The notes: generated by a model not told the origin, from the sequence alone. Shown: positions 18,353-27,935, counted from the stretch's first letter. The stretch is 64,000 nt of DNA from an uncultured Phycisphaeraceae bacterium (GCA_964426945.1 CAYRSS010000009.1:8090-72089); one strand, 5' to 3'. Numbers and translations: made by a program.

Positions 18353-18643
18353 GGCCCTTCCCTTTCCCCCGAGGAAGCCAGGAGTCGATCACGCCGCCGC
18401 GCCCTTTGGATGTGGCCGATCGCCTGCGAACAGGAAGTCGGTCGAGTGAATCGTACAATATCCGCCCCACGATGCCGCCGCGTCATGCTGCCGATCGTAC
18501 GCGGGTTGCCAAAGGGTTTCCGGACCCCCCGCCAGCGGCTTGCAGGCCGTGGATCGCCGATCTACCCTTCAGAAACCCGGTCCGGTCAGGGCGGCACGGA
18601 GGACGCATCCGGCCGGGCGACCCCACGCGAGAGGAGAACTGAC

Positions 18644-20320
18644 ATGCCATCCGCACCCCGACCGCGTCCAACTGCCACACGCCCCGGTGTCCGGACCCTC
18701 GCGGGCATGCTGGCTTGCCTCGCCGCTGCCGGCGCCGCCGACCGAGCTGCGGCTTGCGGCGGATTCTTCTGCCAGCTTGTGCCGGTTGTGCAGGCGGGCG
18801 AGCAGATCATCTTCCACCAGCAGGGCGAAACCGTGACCGCCGTCGTGCTGATCCAGTACACCGGCGACGCGGAGGATTTCTCGTGGGTGGTGCCAGTGCC
18901 GGGCCGACCTTCGCTCTCGACCGGGAGCGCGGCGGTATTCACGTCGCTGGAACTGGCCACGCGTCCGCAGTTCAACCTCAAGGTCAACGGGGCTCCCTGC
19001 CCCCTGGCGTTCGACAACGACAACGCATTCGTCAACGCACCCTCTGAGTCAGACGGAACGGGCGGTGGCGTGGACGTGCTCGAAGAATTGCCCGTCGGCC
19101 CGTATGACGTGCGAATCGTGACCGGCGAGGATCCGGACGCGATGGCCGCCTGGCTCGAGTCGAACGGTTATGATCTCACGGACCGCGGCCGCGACCTCAT
19201 CGCGCCCTACGTCGAACTCGGCATGAACTTCGTCGCGCTCCGCCTTCAGAAGGACAAGGGGGTAGGCGACATTCGCCCGCTGATCATGCGCTATCAGACG
19301 CAGGACCCCATGGTGCCCATCCGGCTGACCGCAGTCGCGGCGCAGCCGGACATGGGTGTCCTGGTGTGGCTGCTCGGTGACGCCAGGGCGGTCCCGCTCA
19401 ACTACCTGCACGTGACGCCGAACTACACACGCGTGGACTGGTTCAGCGGCCCCTTCACGGCCTACGCCAGCTACCAGCGGCTGATCACCGAGGCGATGGA
19501 CGAGGCCGGCGGGCAGGGGTTTGCCACCGATTTCGCCGGGCGTGGCTTCGACTTCGAGTCGGCGCTGCCGTCGCTGGCTGCGTACGGCGACGAACTGCAG
19601 CGCATTAACGGATCGGTGAACAGCGCGCTTGTCGTCGCGGCCTTCGCCGGGAGCTTCGTCTACCCGCAGGAGCAGGTGCAGGAAATCCTGCGCAGGGCCC
19701 TGCCGCTCCCCGAGGGGGTGGATGAGTCGGCCTACCTTGACGCCGCTGCACTGTCGCAGCTCTTCCCCGCGGCGGAGATCGACGAGGCGCGCGTCGCGAT
19801 GATCACCGCGATCAACGTCGAGATCATTGAGCCACTGGTCGCCACGCTGGTGGTCTTCGATAACGACCCCTATCTAACGCGGCTCTACACCACGCTCTCG
19901 CCCGAGGAGATGACGGTCGATCCGGTATTCGCATTCAACCCAGATCTCGACCCGCAGCCCGCCACTCGCGAGGCCACGCTCGACGTAGCATGCACCGGCG
20001 GCGTGACGCGCTGGTCGCTGACGCTCGGCGCCGGCACCGGCCGGGACGGTGAACGGGTCATCGAGGGCGTCGGGCCGCTGCCCGGCATCCAGGCCTCCAC
20101 GCCGGTCATCGAGCAATCCAGCGTCTCGCTCACCGAGGCGGTCGGCCGCACCGGCAAGGGGCTTGTCCGTACGCGCAACAACTTTGAGACAGCAAGCGTC
20201 GGCGATGATCCCGGCGTCGGATTCGGCGCAGTGTGCGGCACGGGCTCGGCCTGCGGGGCGGGGGCGTCGATGGCGGTCCTCGCCGCGATGGTCGGGCTGA
20301 TGCGGCTTCGCAGGCACTAA
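18644..20320 (+). CDS. DUF2330-family secreted protein with Cys-containing C-terminal anchor-like tail
   Basis: SD GAGAGGAG then ATG 18644. Signal peptide ends in the AACGGFFCQ motif. IQYTGDAEDFSWVVPVPG is typical of DUF2330. C-terminal GAVCGTGSACGAGASMAVLAAMVGLMRLRRH. The tracked 750-aa ORF is an upstream extension. Confidence 0.8.
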   Translation: MPSAPRPRPTATRPGVRTLAGMLACLAAAGAADRAAACGGFFCQLVPVVQAGEQIIFHQQGETVTAVVLIQYTGDAEDFSWVVPVPGRPSLSTGSAAVFTSLELATRPQFNLKVNGAPCPLAFDNDNAFVNAPSESDGTGGGVDVLEELPVGPYDVRIVTGEDPDAMAAWLESNGYDLTDRGRDLIAPYVELGMNFVALRLQKDKGVGDIRPLIMRYQTQDPMVPIRLTAVAAQPDMGVLVWLLGDARAVPLNYLHVTPNYTRVDWFSGPFTAYASYQRLITEAMDEAGGQGFATDFAGRGFDFESALPSLAAYGDELQRINGSVNSALVVAAFAGSFVYPQEQVQEILRRALPLPEGVDESAYLDAAALSQLFPAAEIDEARVAMITAINVEIIEPLVATLVVFDNDPYLTRLYTTLSPEEMTVDPVFAFNPDLDPQPATREATLDVACTGGVTRWSLTLGAGTGRDGERVIEGVGPLPGIQASTPVIEQSSVSLTEAVGRTGKGLVRTRNNFETASVGDDPGVGFGAVCGTGSACGAGASMAVLAAMVGLMRLRRH

Positions 20321-20344
20321 GTCCCGCGGAAGGAGTTGATCGCG

Positions 20345-21508
20345 ATGAACGCGCCCGGCGGACAGGCCGAGCCGCGGGGCAGCATCCCCTTTCCCTCCGG
20401 GCAGCAGGGCTTCGACCTGTCTCGCCTTGATTACGACCTGCCTGAGGAACTCATCGCCCAACACCCGGCCGCCCGTCGGGAGGATTCGCGCCTCCTGGTG
20501 GTGTGCCCGACGCTTGAGCGGGTTGAAGACAGCGTCGTTTGCGACTTCCCCCGAATCCTGAGCCCCGGCGACCTGCTGGTGCTCAACGACACGAAGGTGG
20601 TGCCGGCACGGTTCTTCGCCCGCCGCGCGACCGGCGGACTGATCGAGGGGCTGTTCATCGAGGAGGACCAGCCCGGCCGGTGGCGCGCCATGCTCAAGCG
20701 CTCGCGGCGACTTCGGCCCGGCGAATCGCTCCAACTCGTACGCGGAGCCGCGGACATCTCGAACGACGCCGGGGACGAGAAGCTGCGCGTGGAACGCGCG
20801 CTCGACGACGGCCAGTGGCTGCTCCACTGCGAATCCGGCGCTCCGGCATCGGAGGTGCTCGATCGCTACGGCCGAACGCCGCTGCCTCCCTACATCTGCC
20901 GAGGCGACGCAGACACCGAGGCCGATCTGGAGGACCGCCCGCGTTACCAGACGGTCTACGCGAAGACGCCCGGCGCGGTCGCCGCGCCGACGGCCGGTCT
21001 GCACCTCTCGCCGCGGCTGCTGGCGGAGCTCACCGAGCGCGGCGTGCCGCAGGCGTTCGTCACGTTGCATGTCGGGCTCGGGACGTTCAACCCGATCGCG
21101 GCCGATACGCTCGAAGCTCACGTGATGCACACGGAACGGTTCGTGCTGCCGGTTGAGACGCGCGACGCCATCGCGGCGTGCCGCGAGCGAGGCGGCCGGG
21201 TGGTTGCCGTAGGGACCACGACCGTCCGCGTGCTGGAGTCCTGTGCGACGCGCGACGGCCACGTTGAAGCGCGCGCGGGCGTCACGGACATCTTCATTTA
21301 TCCGCCCTATCGGTTCGCTGTGGTGGACTCGCTGCTGACCAACTTCCACCTGCCCCGCAGCACGCTGCTTGCCCTGGTGATGGCGCTGGCCGGCGAGTCG
21401 CTGACGCGCAGCGCCTACGCACACGCCGTCCGCGAACGATACCGGTTCTTCAGCTACGGCGATGCGATGTTCATCGCGCCGCGACGCAGGCCGGTCGGCC
21501 CGCACTGA
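20345..21508 (+). CDS. queA: S-adenosylmethionine:tRNA ribosyltransferase-isomerase
   Basis: FDLSRLDYDLPEELIAQHPA, LLVLNDTKVVPARF, TAGLHLSP and VAVGTTTVRVLES signatures. ATG 20345 lies 9 nt after GGAAGGAG. Confidence 0.93.
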   Translation: MNAPGGQAEPRGSIPFPSGQQGFDLSRLDYDLPEELIAQHPAARREDSRLLVVCPTLERVEDSVVCDFPRILSPGDLLVLNDTKVVPARFFARRATGGLIEGLFIEEDQPGRWRAMLKRSRRLRPGESLQLVRGAADISNDAGDEKLRVERALDDGQWLLHCESGAPASEVLDRYGRTPLPPYICRGDADTEADLEDRPRYQTVYAKTPGAVAAPTAGLHLSPRLLAELTERGVPQAFVTLHVGLGTFNPIAADTLEAHVMHTERFVLPVETRDAIAACRERGGRVVAVGTTTVRVLESCATRDGHVEARAGVTDIFIYPPYRFAVVDSLLTNFHLPRSTLLALVMALAGESLTRSAYAHAVRERYRFFSYGDAMFIAPRRRPVGPH

Positions 21509-21661
21509 GCGAGCCGACGGCTTCCCGGGTGGCCGGCGCCCGCCTCGGGCCGCCATGCGCCTTCCATTCTCGGACCCCCCTCTCCCCCTCAAGCAGCAGG
21601 GCGCCAAGACCGCTAATTTCCGAGGGCGCCGGTACGCGCCGCCGCTTATGGGGACCTGGCT

Positions 21662-22432
21662 TTGCCGACCGCGCACGCACGGCCGACTACCGAGGTGCTG
21701 ACCGTTCTCGAGTCGGCCTGCGCCCGCAACGCGCCGCTGGAAATCCACGCCCTGCAGGCCGATCACCAGGTGGCGGTCTTTCGCAGCCGCGCGATCCATC
21801 TCGATGCGGCGGGCGAGAGGCTGCTCGTCGACCGGCCGCTCGCAGCGAATGGCTCAGCCCGGCTGACCGTCGGCGAAGCAGTGAGCGTGTACGTCCAGCT
21901 GGAGGGTCGCCGGCTGGAGTTCCGCACCGCGCTGCTCGAGCCGGCCGTGACGGTGCAACTGAACGCGGAGATGCGTATCCGCGGCGCAGCCGTGCGGCTG
22001 CCGGACGCTATCCGAGAGGGTCAGCGCCGCGAGCACTTTCGCCTCGCAATAGCAGGCGAGACGCTGACCGCGCTGGTGTCGCCCTGCGTCGCGGAGGCGC
22101 TGGCCTGCGACGCGAAGTTCCCCGCGGTGAAATGTGCGGTGATGAACGTGTCGAACGGCGGGCTGCTGATCACCGCCCCCGCCGCGCTGGCCGAGTTTCT
22201 CGGGCCTCGGCAGCGGCTCTTCACGCTGCTGCCCATTGAGGTGGACGCCAAGCGCGTCGAGATCAACGCGCTCTGCGAAGTGCGGCACGTGATGAAGCTG
22301 CAGGAACGGCTGACCAATCGTGTCGGGCTGGCGTTTGTGCCGTGGCCGGGAATCGACCCGGCAGTCATGCAGCGCCTGCTCACGCGCTACATTGTGGACC
22401 TTGAACGCAAGATGCTCCGTCGCAGGAAGTGA
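21662..22432 (+). CDS. PilZ-domain c-di-GMP receptor, YcgR-like two-domain architecture (paralog 1)
   Basis: RRxxxR motif QRREHFR and (D/N)xSxxG motif NVSNGG in the C-terminal half. About 120-aa N-terminal beta-rich domain. Start codon uncertain (TTG 21662 or a downstream GTG). Confidence 0.8.
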   Translation: MPTAHARPTTEVLTVLESACARNAPLEIHALQADHQVAVFRSRAIHLDAAGERLLVDRPLAANGSARLTVGEAVSVYVQLEGRRLEFRTALLEPAVTVQLNAEMRIRGAAVRLPDAIREGQRREHFRLAIAGETLTALVSPCVAEALACDAKFPAVKCAVMNVSNGGLLITAPAALAEFLGPRQRLFTLLPIEVDAKRVEINALCEVRHVMKLQERLTNRVGLAFVPWPGIDPAVMQRLLTRYIVDLERKMLRRRK

Positions 22433-22435
22433 AAC

Positions 22436-23149
22436 ATGACTCGTGCTCTGGAAAAGACAACGCCCTCGGTGTTGCCCATCCTTCCCGCGGCTGCGCAGGC
22501 TGCCCTGGTCGACGCCGTGCGGCGGCAGGCGATGGTGCGGCTGCAGTCGTGCGAGAAACCCGTTCGCGGCGCCGTGCACATGCGGCTGTCCGCCCTCGAC
22601 GATCGCGGACTGCGCGGCGTCGTTCGCCTGTGTGACGAGTCGGATCGTGAGACTCTAGGCGCCCCCAAGCTGGCCGCGGTCCTCAACCTGGACGACTGTA
22701 CCTACTCGTTCACCACGCACTGCGACGAACTGCAGATCGACGGGCTCGAAGCGGCCGTCGTCCTGGCGCCGCCGGCCGCCGTGCACACCGTCCAGCGCCG
22801 CCGCAGCCGCCGCTACCGACTCCAGCGGCCGAGCACGATCCTGATCTTCGCCGATCAGGAAGGTACCGCCGGGCCGTACGAGGCGGTCGTGCTCAATCTG
22901 AGCCTCGGCGGGCTCGCCTGCCGGACTTCGCAGTTCGTCGGATCGCTGCTGTCACGGGGCACTATCGTCAAGCTCGATCTCACGCCGTCGCAGCCGACCC
23001 CGGCGACGGCTTTGACCGCGCGCGTCGTGGGCCTGGTCCCCGGCGGCAGCGACAACACCACGATCGTCAATCTTGAGTTTGTCGAATCCGAGGCGGCGCA
23101 GTCCGCCCTGTTGCGCGGCCTGATCGATGACATCTCCCAGGCAAGCTAG
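22436..23149 (+). CDS. PilZ-domain c-di-GMP receptor (paralog 2)
   Basis: QRRRSRRYR and LNLSLGG motifs. ATG lies 3 nt after the previous stop. Confidence 0.8.
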   Translation: MTRALEKTTPSVLPILPAAAQAALVDAVRRQAMVRLQSCEKPVRGAVHMRLSALDDRGLRGVVRLCDESDRETLGAPKLAAVLNLDDCTYSFTTHCDELQIDGLEAAVVLAPPAAVHTVQRRRSRRYRLQRPSTILIFADQEGTAGPYEAVVLNLSLGGLACRTSQFVGSLLSRGTIVKLDLTPSQPTPATALTARVVGLVPGGSDNTTIVNLEFVESEAAQSALLRGLIDDISQAS

Positions 23150-23159
23150 GAAGGCCACC

Positions 23160-23897
23160 ATGACCAGAATGATGCAGCTTACCGACAAGCGAACCCGCGA
23201 CCTGCTCACCGACTCGATCGAGAAGCAGGCGCAGATCAGCGTCACGCATCGGTTCCCCGACGGCTGGCGCCAGTTTCGCTCGGCGTTTGTGACCTGCCTT
23301 CCCGACGAGGAGAAGATCCTGATCGCCACGCCGGTGGTGCAGGATGAACACACGCCGTCCCCGCCTGCCGTCGGATCGGTGCTGGGTATCAGCTTCCGTG
23401 TCGGCCACAAGAAGTGCATGTTCGAAACGACGCGTGTGCCGCATGCGGGCGAAACGGACGAAGCCATCGCCATCCGCTGGCCGGCGGAGTTGCAGCAGCT
23501 TCAGCGCCGGGCGTACGAGCGTTCCGCTCCCCCGCAGGGATCCATTGTCTCGGTGAAGTTCTTTCGAACGGCGCCGGAGCCCGCAACCCCGGCACGCGAA
23601 ACCCGCTATGGCGAACTCGAGGATCTTTCCGCTGGCGGGATCCGCGTCAACGCCGCCAACGCGGACGGGCTGACGATCGGCCACACCTTCGAGTGCCTGT
23701 TTGCGCCGCGCCCGGGGGCCGCCCCGATCTGCTGCGAAGTGGTGCTCAAACACCGTGAAGCGGCCGAGCGCGGACGTGCCTCACTGGGTTTCCAGTTCAT
23801 CGGGCTGGAGACCTCGAATGAAGGTCGCGAAACGCTCACCCGCCTGGCGCGCATCGCCAGCGAATTCCAACGAGCCACTCCCTTGGGCAAGCGCTGA
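23160..23897 (+). CDS. PilZ-domain c-di-GMP receptor (paralog 3)
   Basis: QRRAYER and EDLSAGG motifs. ATG 23160 is preceded by AGGAAGG. The tracked start 23127 would overlap paralog 2. Confidence 0.8.
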   Translation: MTRMMQLTDKRTRDLLTDSIEKQAQISVTHRFPDGWRQFRSAFVTCLPDEEKILIATPVVQDEHTPSPPAVGSVLGISFRVGHKKCMFETTRVPHAGETDEAIAIRWPAELQQLQRRAYERSAPPQGSIVSVKFFRTAPEPATPARETRYGELEDLSAGGIRVNAANADGLTIGHTFECLFAPRPGAAPICCEVVLKHREAAERGRASLGFQFIGLETSNEGRETLTRLARIASEFQRATPLGKR

Positions 23898-23914
23898 TCC
23901 GGCCGCCCCGGCGG

Positions 23915-25624
23915 TCAATACCCGGCGGCCTGGCCATCCTTGCGCGACTCGGACGCGCCGATGTATACATCGCGCTCCGCGTCGTACATGATCGCCTGGT
24001 AGCCGCCGAAACCGTCCACCTCGAAGCGGACGTCATGCCCGCGCTTGCTCAGGATCAGCCGGGCTTCGGCGTCGATGCCTGACTCCAGCGCCACGTACCC
24101 CCCGTCCGTCATTTCATGCCCGGTTGATTCCGACGAGCCGACGTGGTGAAACCTTGCCGCGTCGCCGGCCTCCTGAAGGTTCATGCCGAAGTCGATCAGG
24201 TTGCACAGCACCTGCACATGCCCCTGGGGCTGCATGTCGCCGCCCATGACGCCGAAGCTGAGCCAGGGCTTGCCGCCGCGCGTGACGAATCCGGGGATGA
24301 TCGTGTGGAACGGCCGCTTGCCGGGCGCGTAGGCATTGGGATGCGAGGGGTCAAGAGAGAACAGCTCACCGCGGTTCTGGAAGCAGAAGCCCAATCCGTC
24401 GGGCACGAGTCCCGATCCGAAGCCGCGATAATTGCTCTGAATGAGCGAGACCATATTGCGATCGCGGTCCGCGACGGTCAGGTAGATCGTATCGCTGCGA
24501 AAGGCCGACGGATCGCCGGGGGCGATGCGCTTCGTCGCCCGGACGGCGTTCAGCAGCGACCGACGCTGCGCGGCGTAGGCCTTGGAGCGCAGCCCCTCCA
24601 GCGGAATCTTTGAAAACTCGGGATCGGCGTAGAACCGGGCCACGTCCTCGTAGACAATCTTCTTGGCCTCGATCAGGTGGTGCAGATACACGCCGCTGTT
24701 GTGGCCCATCGACGCGAGGTCGTACCCCTCGAGGATGTTCAGTATCTGAAGCACGGCCATTCCTTGGCCGTTGGGCGGCAGCTCCCACACGTCGTAACCA
24801 CGATACCTGGTCGAGACCGGGTCGACCCACGTCGACGTGTGGGCAGCAAAGTCTTCGAGCCGGAGATAGCAGCCCGTCCGCTCGCAGAAGGCAGACATCG
24901 TCGCCGCCAGTTCACCCCGGTAAAACACATCGCGGCCCTTCGCGGCCAGCGCCTCGTAAGTTCGCGCGAGGTCCGGGTTCCTGAAGCGGTCCCCCTTCCC
25001 CGGCGCCTTGCCGTCCGGAAGGTACGTCGCCGCGAAGTTGGGATACTCCTTGCGCATCGGGCCGCCGATCGCCCAATAGTGTGCGATCAGCTCGGACACC
25101 GGGAATCCGTCCTTCGCGTAGCCGATGGCAGGCGCGAGCACATCCGCCATCGACAGGCGCCCGAACCGTCCGTGCAGCTCGAACCACCCGTCCACGCAGC
25201 CGGGCACGCTGACCGGCAGCGGCCCGTAGGGCGGGATTTCGCTCAATCCCTGCCCCTTGAGCATCTCGATCGTGAGCCCCTGGGGGCTGCGCCCGCTGGC
25301 GTTAAGGCCGAACAGTTTGCCTTCGCGGGCGTCCCAGATGATCGCAAAGAGATCGCCGCCGATCCCGCAGCCGGTGGGCTCCATGAGTCCCAGCGCTGCG
25401 TTGGCGGCGATGGCCGCGTCGACGGCCGATCCGCCCCGCCGGAGGATGTCGATCGCAATCTGCGTCGCCAGTGGTTGGCTGGTGCAGGCCATGCCGCCAG
25501 ATGCAATCACCTCGGAACGGGTGGCGAACTGTCGGCCGGTCATGCGGTCGCCCCCGCGTGCAGGCACGGCGAAGCTCAGCACGGCCAGCAGCAGGATCGA
25601 GGCACAAAAGGCAAAGACATGCAT
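23915..25624 (-). CDS. ggt: Gamma-glutamyltranspeptidase
   Basis: Signal peptide, then MACTSQPLATQIAIDILRRGGSAVDAAIAANAALGLMEPTGCGIGGDLF. Full-length 569-aa GGT-like layout. Confidence 0.93.
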   Translation of the reverse strand: MHVFAFCASILLLAVLSFAVPARGGDRMTGRQFATRSEVIASGGMACTSQPLATQIAIDILRRGGSAVDAAIAANAALGLMEPTGCGIGGDLFAIIWDAREGKLFGLNASGRSPQGLTIEMLKGQGLSEIPPYGPLPVSVPGCVDGWFELHGRFGRLSMADVLAPAIGYAKDGFPVSELIAHYWAIGGPMRKEYPNFAATYLPDGKAPGKGDRFRNPDLARTYEALAAKGRDVFYRGELAATMSAFCERTGCYLRLEDFAAHTSTWVDPVSTRYRGYDVWELPPNGQGMAVLQILNILEGYDLASMGHNSGVYLHHLIEAKKIVYEDVARFYADPEFSKIPLEGLRSKAYAAQRRSLLNAVRATKRIAPGDPSAFRSDTIYLTVADRDRNMVSLIQSNYRGFGSGLVPDGLGFCFQNRGELFSLDPSHPNAYAPGKRPFHTIIPGFVTRGGKPWLSFGVMGGDMQPQGHVQVLCNLIDFGMNLQEAGDAARFHHVGSSESTGHEMTDGGYVALESGIDAEARLILSKRGHDVRFEVDGFGGYQAIMYDAERDVYIGASESRKDGQAAGY

Positions 25625-25808
25625 GGCGGATTCTCCCGGTTACTCCGGCCGGTGCGGCCGCGTTGTGCCCGGCATGGTGCCCGGATGTTCAGGAGGTCGC
25701 AAGCGCACGGGGGCGTGCATCGCCGTCCCCGCAGTTGCTCCGCCCCAGCCGAATCCGAGCTCGATTCGCTATACTGAACCTCGCCACGATACGCCTTGGA
25801 GGGGCGGG

Positions 25809-26402
25809 ATGCCGTCGGGTGAACTGATCGGAGCCATGATTGGAGCAGGTGTCGCCGCAGGGTGCACAGCCGCCGCGGTCGTGCTCCTCGTCTCGCAGCG
25901 GCGGCAACGCAGCGCCGACCTTGCCGCCCGCCGGGTGGATCTGCACGCCCGTTGGCTCGCGGCGCGACTGGCACTGTCCCGCGAGTCCGCGTCGTTTGTC
26001 ACGGCGTTCCGGCTGCTCGCTGTCGAACCGCGCAAGTCGGCCGCGTTTGCCCTGCGGCTGGAGGAAGCGCAGCGGATTCGCGGCCGCTGGCATGAGGCCG
26101 TCGCTTCACTCGATCGCGCCGAGGCCGAGCTTGTGGCCTGGTGCGACGCCGCGATGACGGGGGAGGAGCTGCGCCGAATTCCTCGACCCGGTCTCTCCGA
26201 CCTGCGCCGCGCCGTGCACGGGCACGAGACAGACACCGATGAGCTGATCACACGCCTCGCGGAGCAGGACCGATCGGCCATTGCTGCGGTCGAGCGTCGT
26301 ACGCGGACGCTGCTCTCGGGATCCTCGCGATGGAAGCGATCGGTGAGTGCCGCCATGTGGCACCTGGGCGATCTGTTCGACCCGCCCGGCGAATCGCGCT
26401 GA
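25809..26402 (+). CDS. Hypothetical single-pass membrane protein
   Basis: GGAGGGGCGGG then ATG 25809. N-terminal TM LIGAMIGAGVAAGCTAAAVVLLV followed by a helical Arg/Ala-rich domain. The tracked 381-aa ORF is an extension antisense to ggt. Confidence 0.55.
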   Translation: MPSGELIGAMIGAGVAAGCTAAAVVLLVSQRRQRSADLAARRVDLHARWLAARLALSRESASFVTAFRLLAVEPRKSAAFALRLEEAQRIRGRWHEAVASLDRAEAELVAWCDAAMTGEELRRIPRPGLSDLRRAVHGHETDTDELITRLAEQDRSAIAAVERRTRTLLSGSSRWKRSVSAAMWHLGDLFDPPGESR

Positions 26403-26407
26403 TTGGC

Positions 26408-27508
26408 TCAGCGCACCGGCGCGGTCGAGCCGCGAACCACCAGTTCCGTCGGCAGCACGACAGACTCAAGCCTGCGGCTATGCGACAGGATGGCCGCACG
26501 GAGCCGCGTGAACGCCTCTGCACCCATCGCTGCCAGCGGCTGGCGCACCGTCGTCAACGGCGGATCCAGCAGCGGCGCAGAAACCGGATCATCAAAACCG
26601 ATGATCGACACGTCACGCGGCACGCTCAACCCGCAGGACCGCACGATCTGTATCGCCGCCAGCGAGAGAAAAAAGCCCCCCGCCAGCACCGCCGTGGGCG
26701 CCGGCGAGCACGCAAAGCGACGCGCGAGTGCCTGCGCTGTCGGCTCATCGATGGAACAACTGTCCGCTGATTCGAGTACCTCGGCCTCGCGTACGCCCAG
26801 TTCGTACAACGCGGCCCGGGCACCATCGGCGCGGTCGCGGGAGTTGCTCAGGTGCGTCGGTCCCGCCAGCACGATGATGCGCCGATGCCCCAGCGCGACC
26901 AGGTGGCGGACCGCCTGTCGGGCTCCGTCGGCGTTGTCGCTGTCCACGCTGGCGACACTTCGCCCCGGCAGGGAGCCGCCCAGGACGATAAGCGGCACGC
27001 GCGCGGCAAGCCGCTCGACGCTCTGGCGGGCCTCCAGAGACGGGTGAATCGCCACCACGCCGGTCCGGTCGCCATCGCGCGAGGCGCGCAGGGCGAAGCG
27101 GTCGAGCAGGAAGAACTCGGTCTGATCCTCGACCTCCGCCGCGCGGCGTCGCAATCCCTCGATCACGCTGCTGTGGTAGAAGTCGTTGATGTTGACGCAC
27201 GGATCGAGCACGAGGCCGATCGCCAGGTTGGTGGCGCCACCGACGAGTCGCAGGTCGTCGGTTACAAACGTCCCGCGCCCGACCTCACGGCGCACGAGCC
27301 CCTCAAGCACCAACCCCTCCAGCGCCTTGTGCGCCGTGAGCAGGCTGACCTCCATCAGCTCGCCCAGTGTCTTGGTAGGTGGAAGCTTGGAACCTGCGGG
27401 CAGGTGACCCTGACGGATCGCCTCGGCGAGAATCTGCTGAGCCTGGACATACTTGGGGGTTCCGGCGTGTGCCTCCACGCGCCGCAGGGTGTGTCCGTTG
27501 AGAAGCAT
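26408..27508 (-). CDS. GntR-type HTH fused to LacI/PBP1-type ligand-binding domain, transcriptional regulator
   Basis: Winged HTH KLPPTKTLGELMEVSLLTAHKALEGLVLEGLVRREVGRGTFV, then a periplasmic-binding-protein-like core (GVVAIHPS..., RRIIVLAGP..., SIIGFDD). Start MLLNGH at 27508. Confidence 0.8.
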   Translation of the reverse strand: MLLNGHTLRRVEAHAGTPKYVQAQQILAEAIRQGHLPAGSKLPPTKTLGELMEVSLLTAHKALEGLVLEGLVRREVGRGTFVTDDLRLVGGATNLAIGLVLDPCVNINDFYHSSVIEGLRRRAAEVEDQTEFFLLDRFALRASRDGDRTGVVAIHPSLEARQSVERLAARVPLIVLGGSLPGRSVASVDSDNADGARQAVRHLVALGHRRIIVLAGPTHLSNSRDRADGARAALYELGVREAEVLESADSCSIDEPTAQALARRFACSPAPTAVLAGGFFLSLAAIQIVRSCGLSVPRDVSIIGFDDPVSAPLLDPPLTTVRQPLAAMGAEAFTRLRAAILSHSRRLESVVLPTELVVRGSTAPVR

Positions 27509-27697
27509 GGCCCCCGACTCCTTCGGCCGGCCCCTTCCCGACCGCCGAAGCTTCCGATCATAGTCACATTCCGGCTGAAATTGAAAGGCGTGGAGCGTCA
27601 AACGTCGGCGGAAGGAGCGGGGTCAGGGCCGCCAAACCGGCCGACGGGCGAAAAAGACTGCCATCGGGCGGCATCGTGAGGTGCAGGCGGTCCGATT

Positions 27698-27771
27698 TAC
27701 CGATGGCTGGACTCGAACCAGCGGCCTCCTGGTCCACAGCCAGGCGCTCTAACCAACTGAGCTACATCGGC
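27698..27771 (-). tRNA. trnH: tRNA-His (anticodon GTG), no encoded CCA, no encoded G-1
   Basis: Hand-folded cloverleaf: acceptor GCCGATG/CATCGGT, D arm GCTC-AGTTGGTTA-GAGC, anticodon arm CCTGG-CTGTGGA-CCAGG, variable AGGCC, T arm GCTGG-TTCGAGT-CCAGC, discriminator A. Confidence 0.9.
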
Positions 27772-27935
27772 ACGCAGCGTCGGCAGGCGCAGGGCCAGCC
27801 GGTTGCGGATAATCTTAGCTCGAAAAGGGAAGCCGTCCACCCCGTCGGGGGTGGCGGGCATGACCCATCAGGGCCGCGGGATGCGTGCGGCAGGCACGCT
27901 CCGGAGCGGCCGACCCGCCTCTCGCCTGCGTGCGG

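Noticed and set aside
19874-21799. 641-aa minus-strand ORF
   Set aside because: It is antisense to the DUF2330 and queA genes and has a low-complexity Arg-rich translation. This is a high-GC artefact.
27509-27935. Possible genomic island or integrase next to tRNA-His
   Set aside because: There is no integrase, no duplication of the tRNA 3' end as a direct repeat, and no compositional break that I could see. Flanking genes are ordinary regulators.
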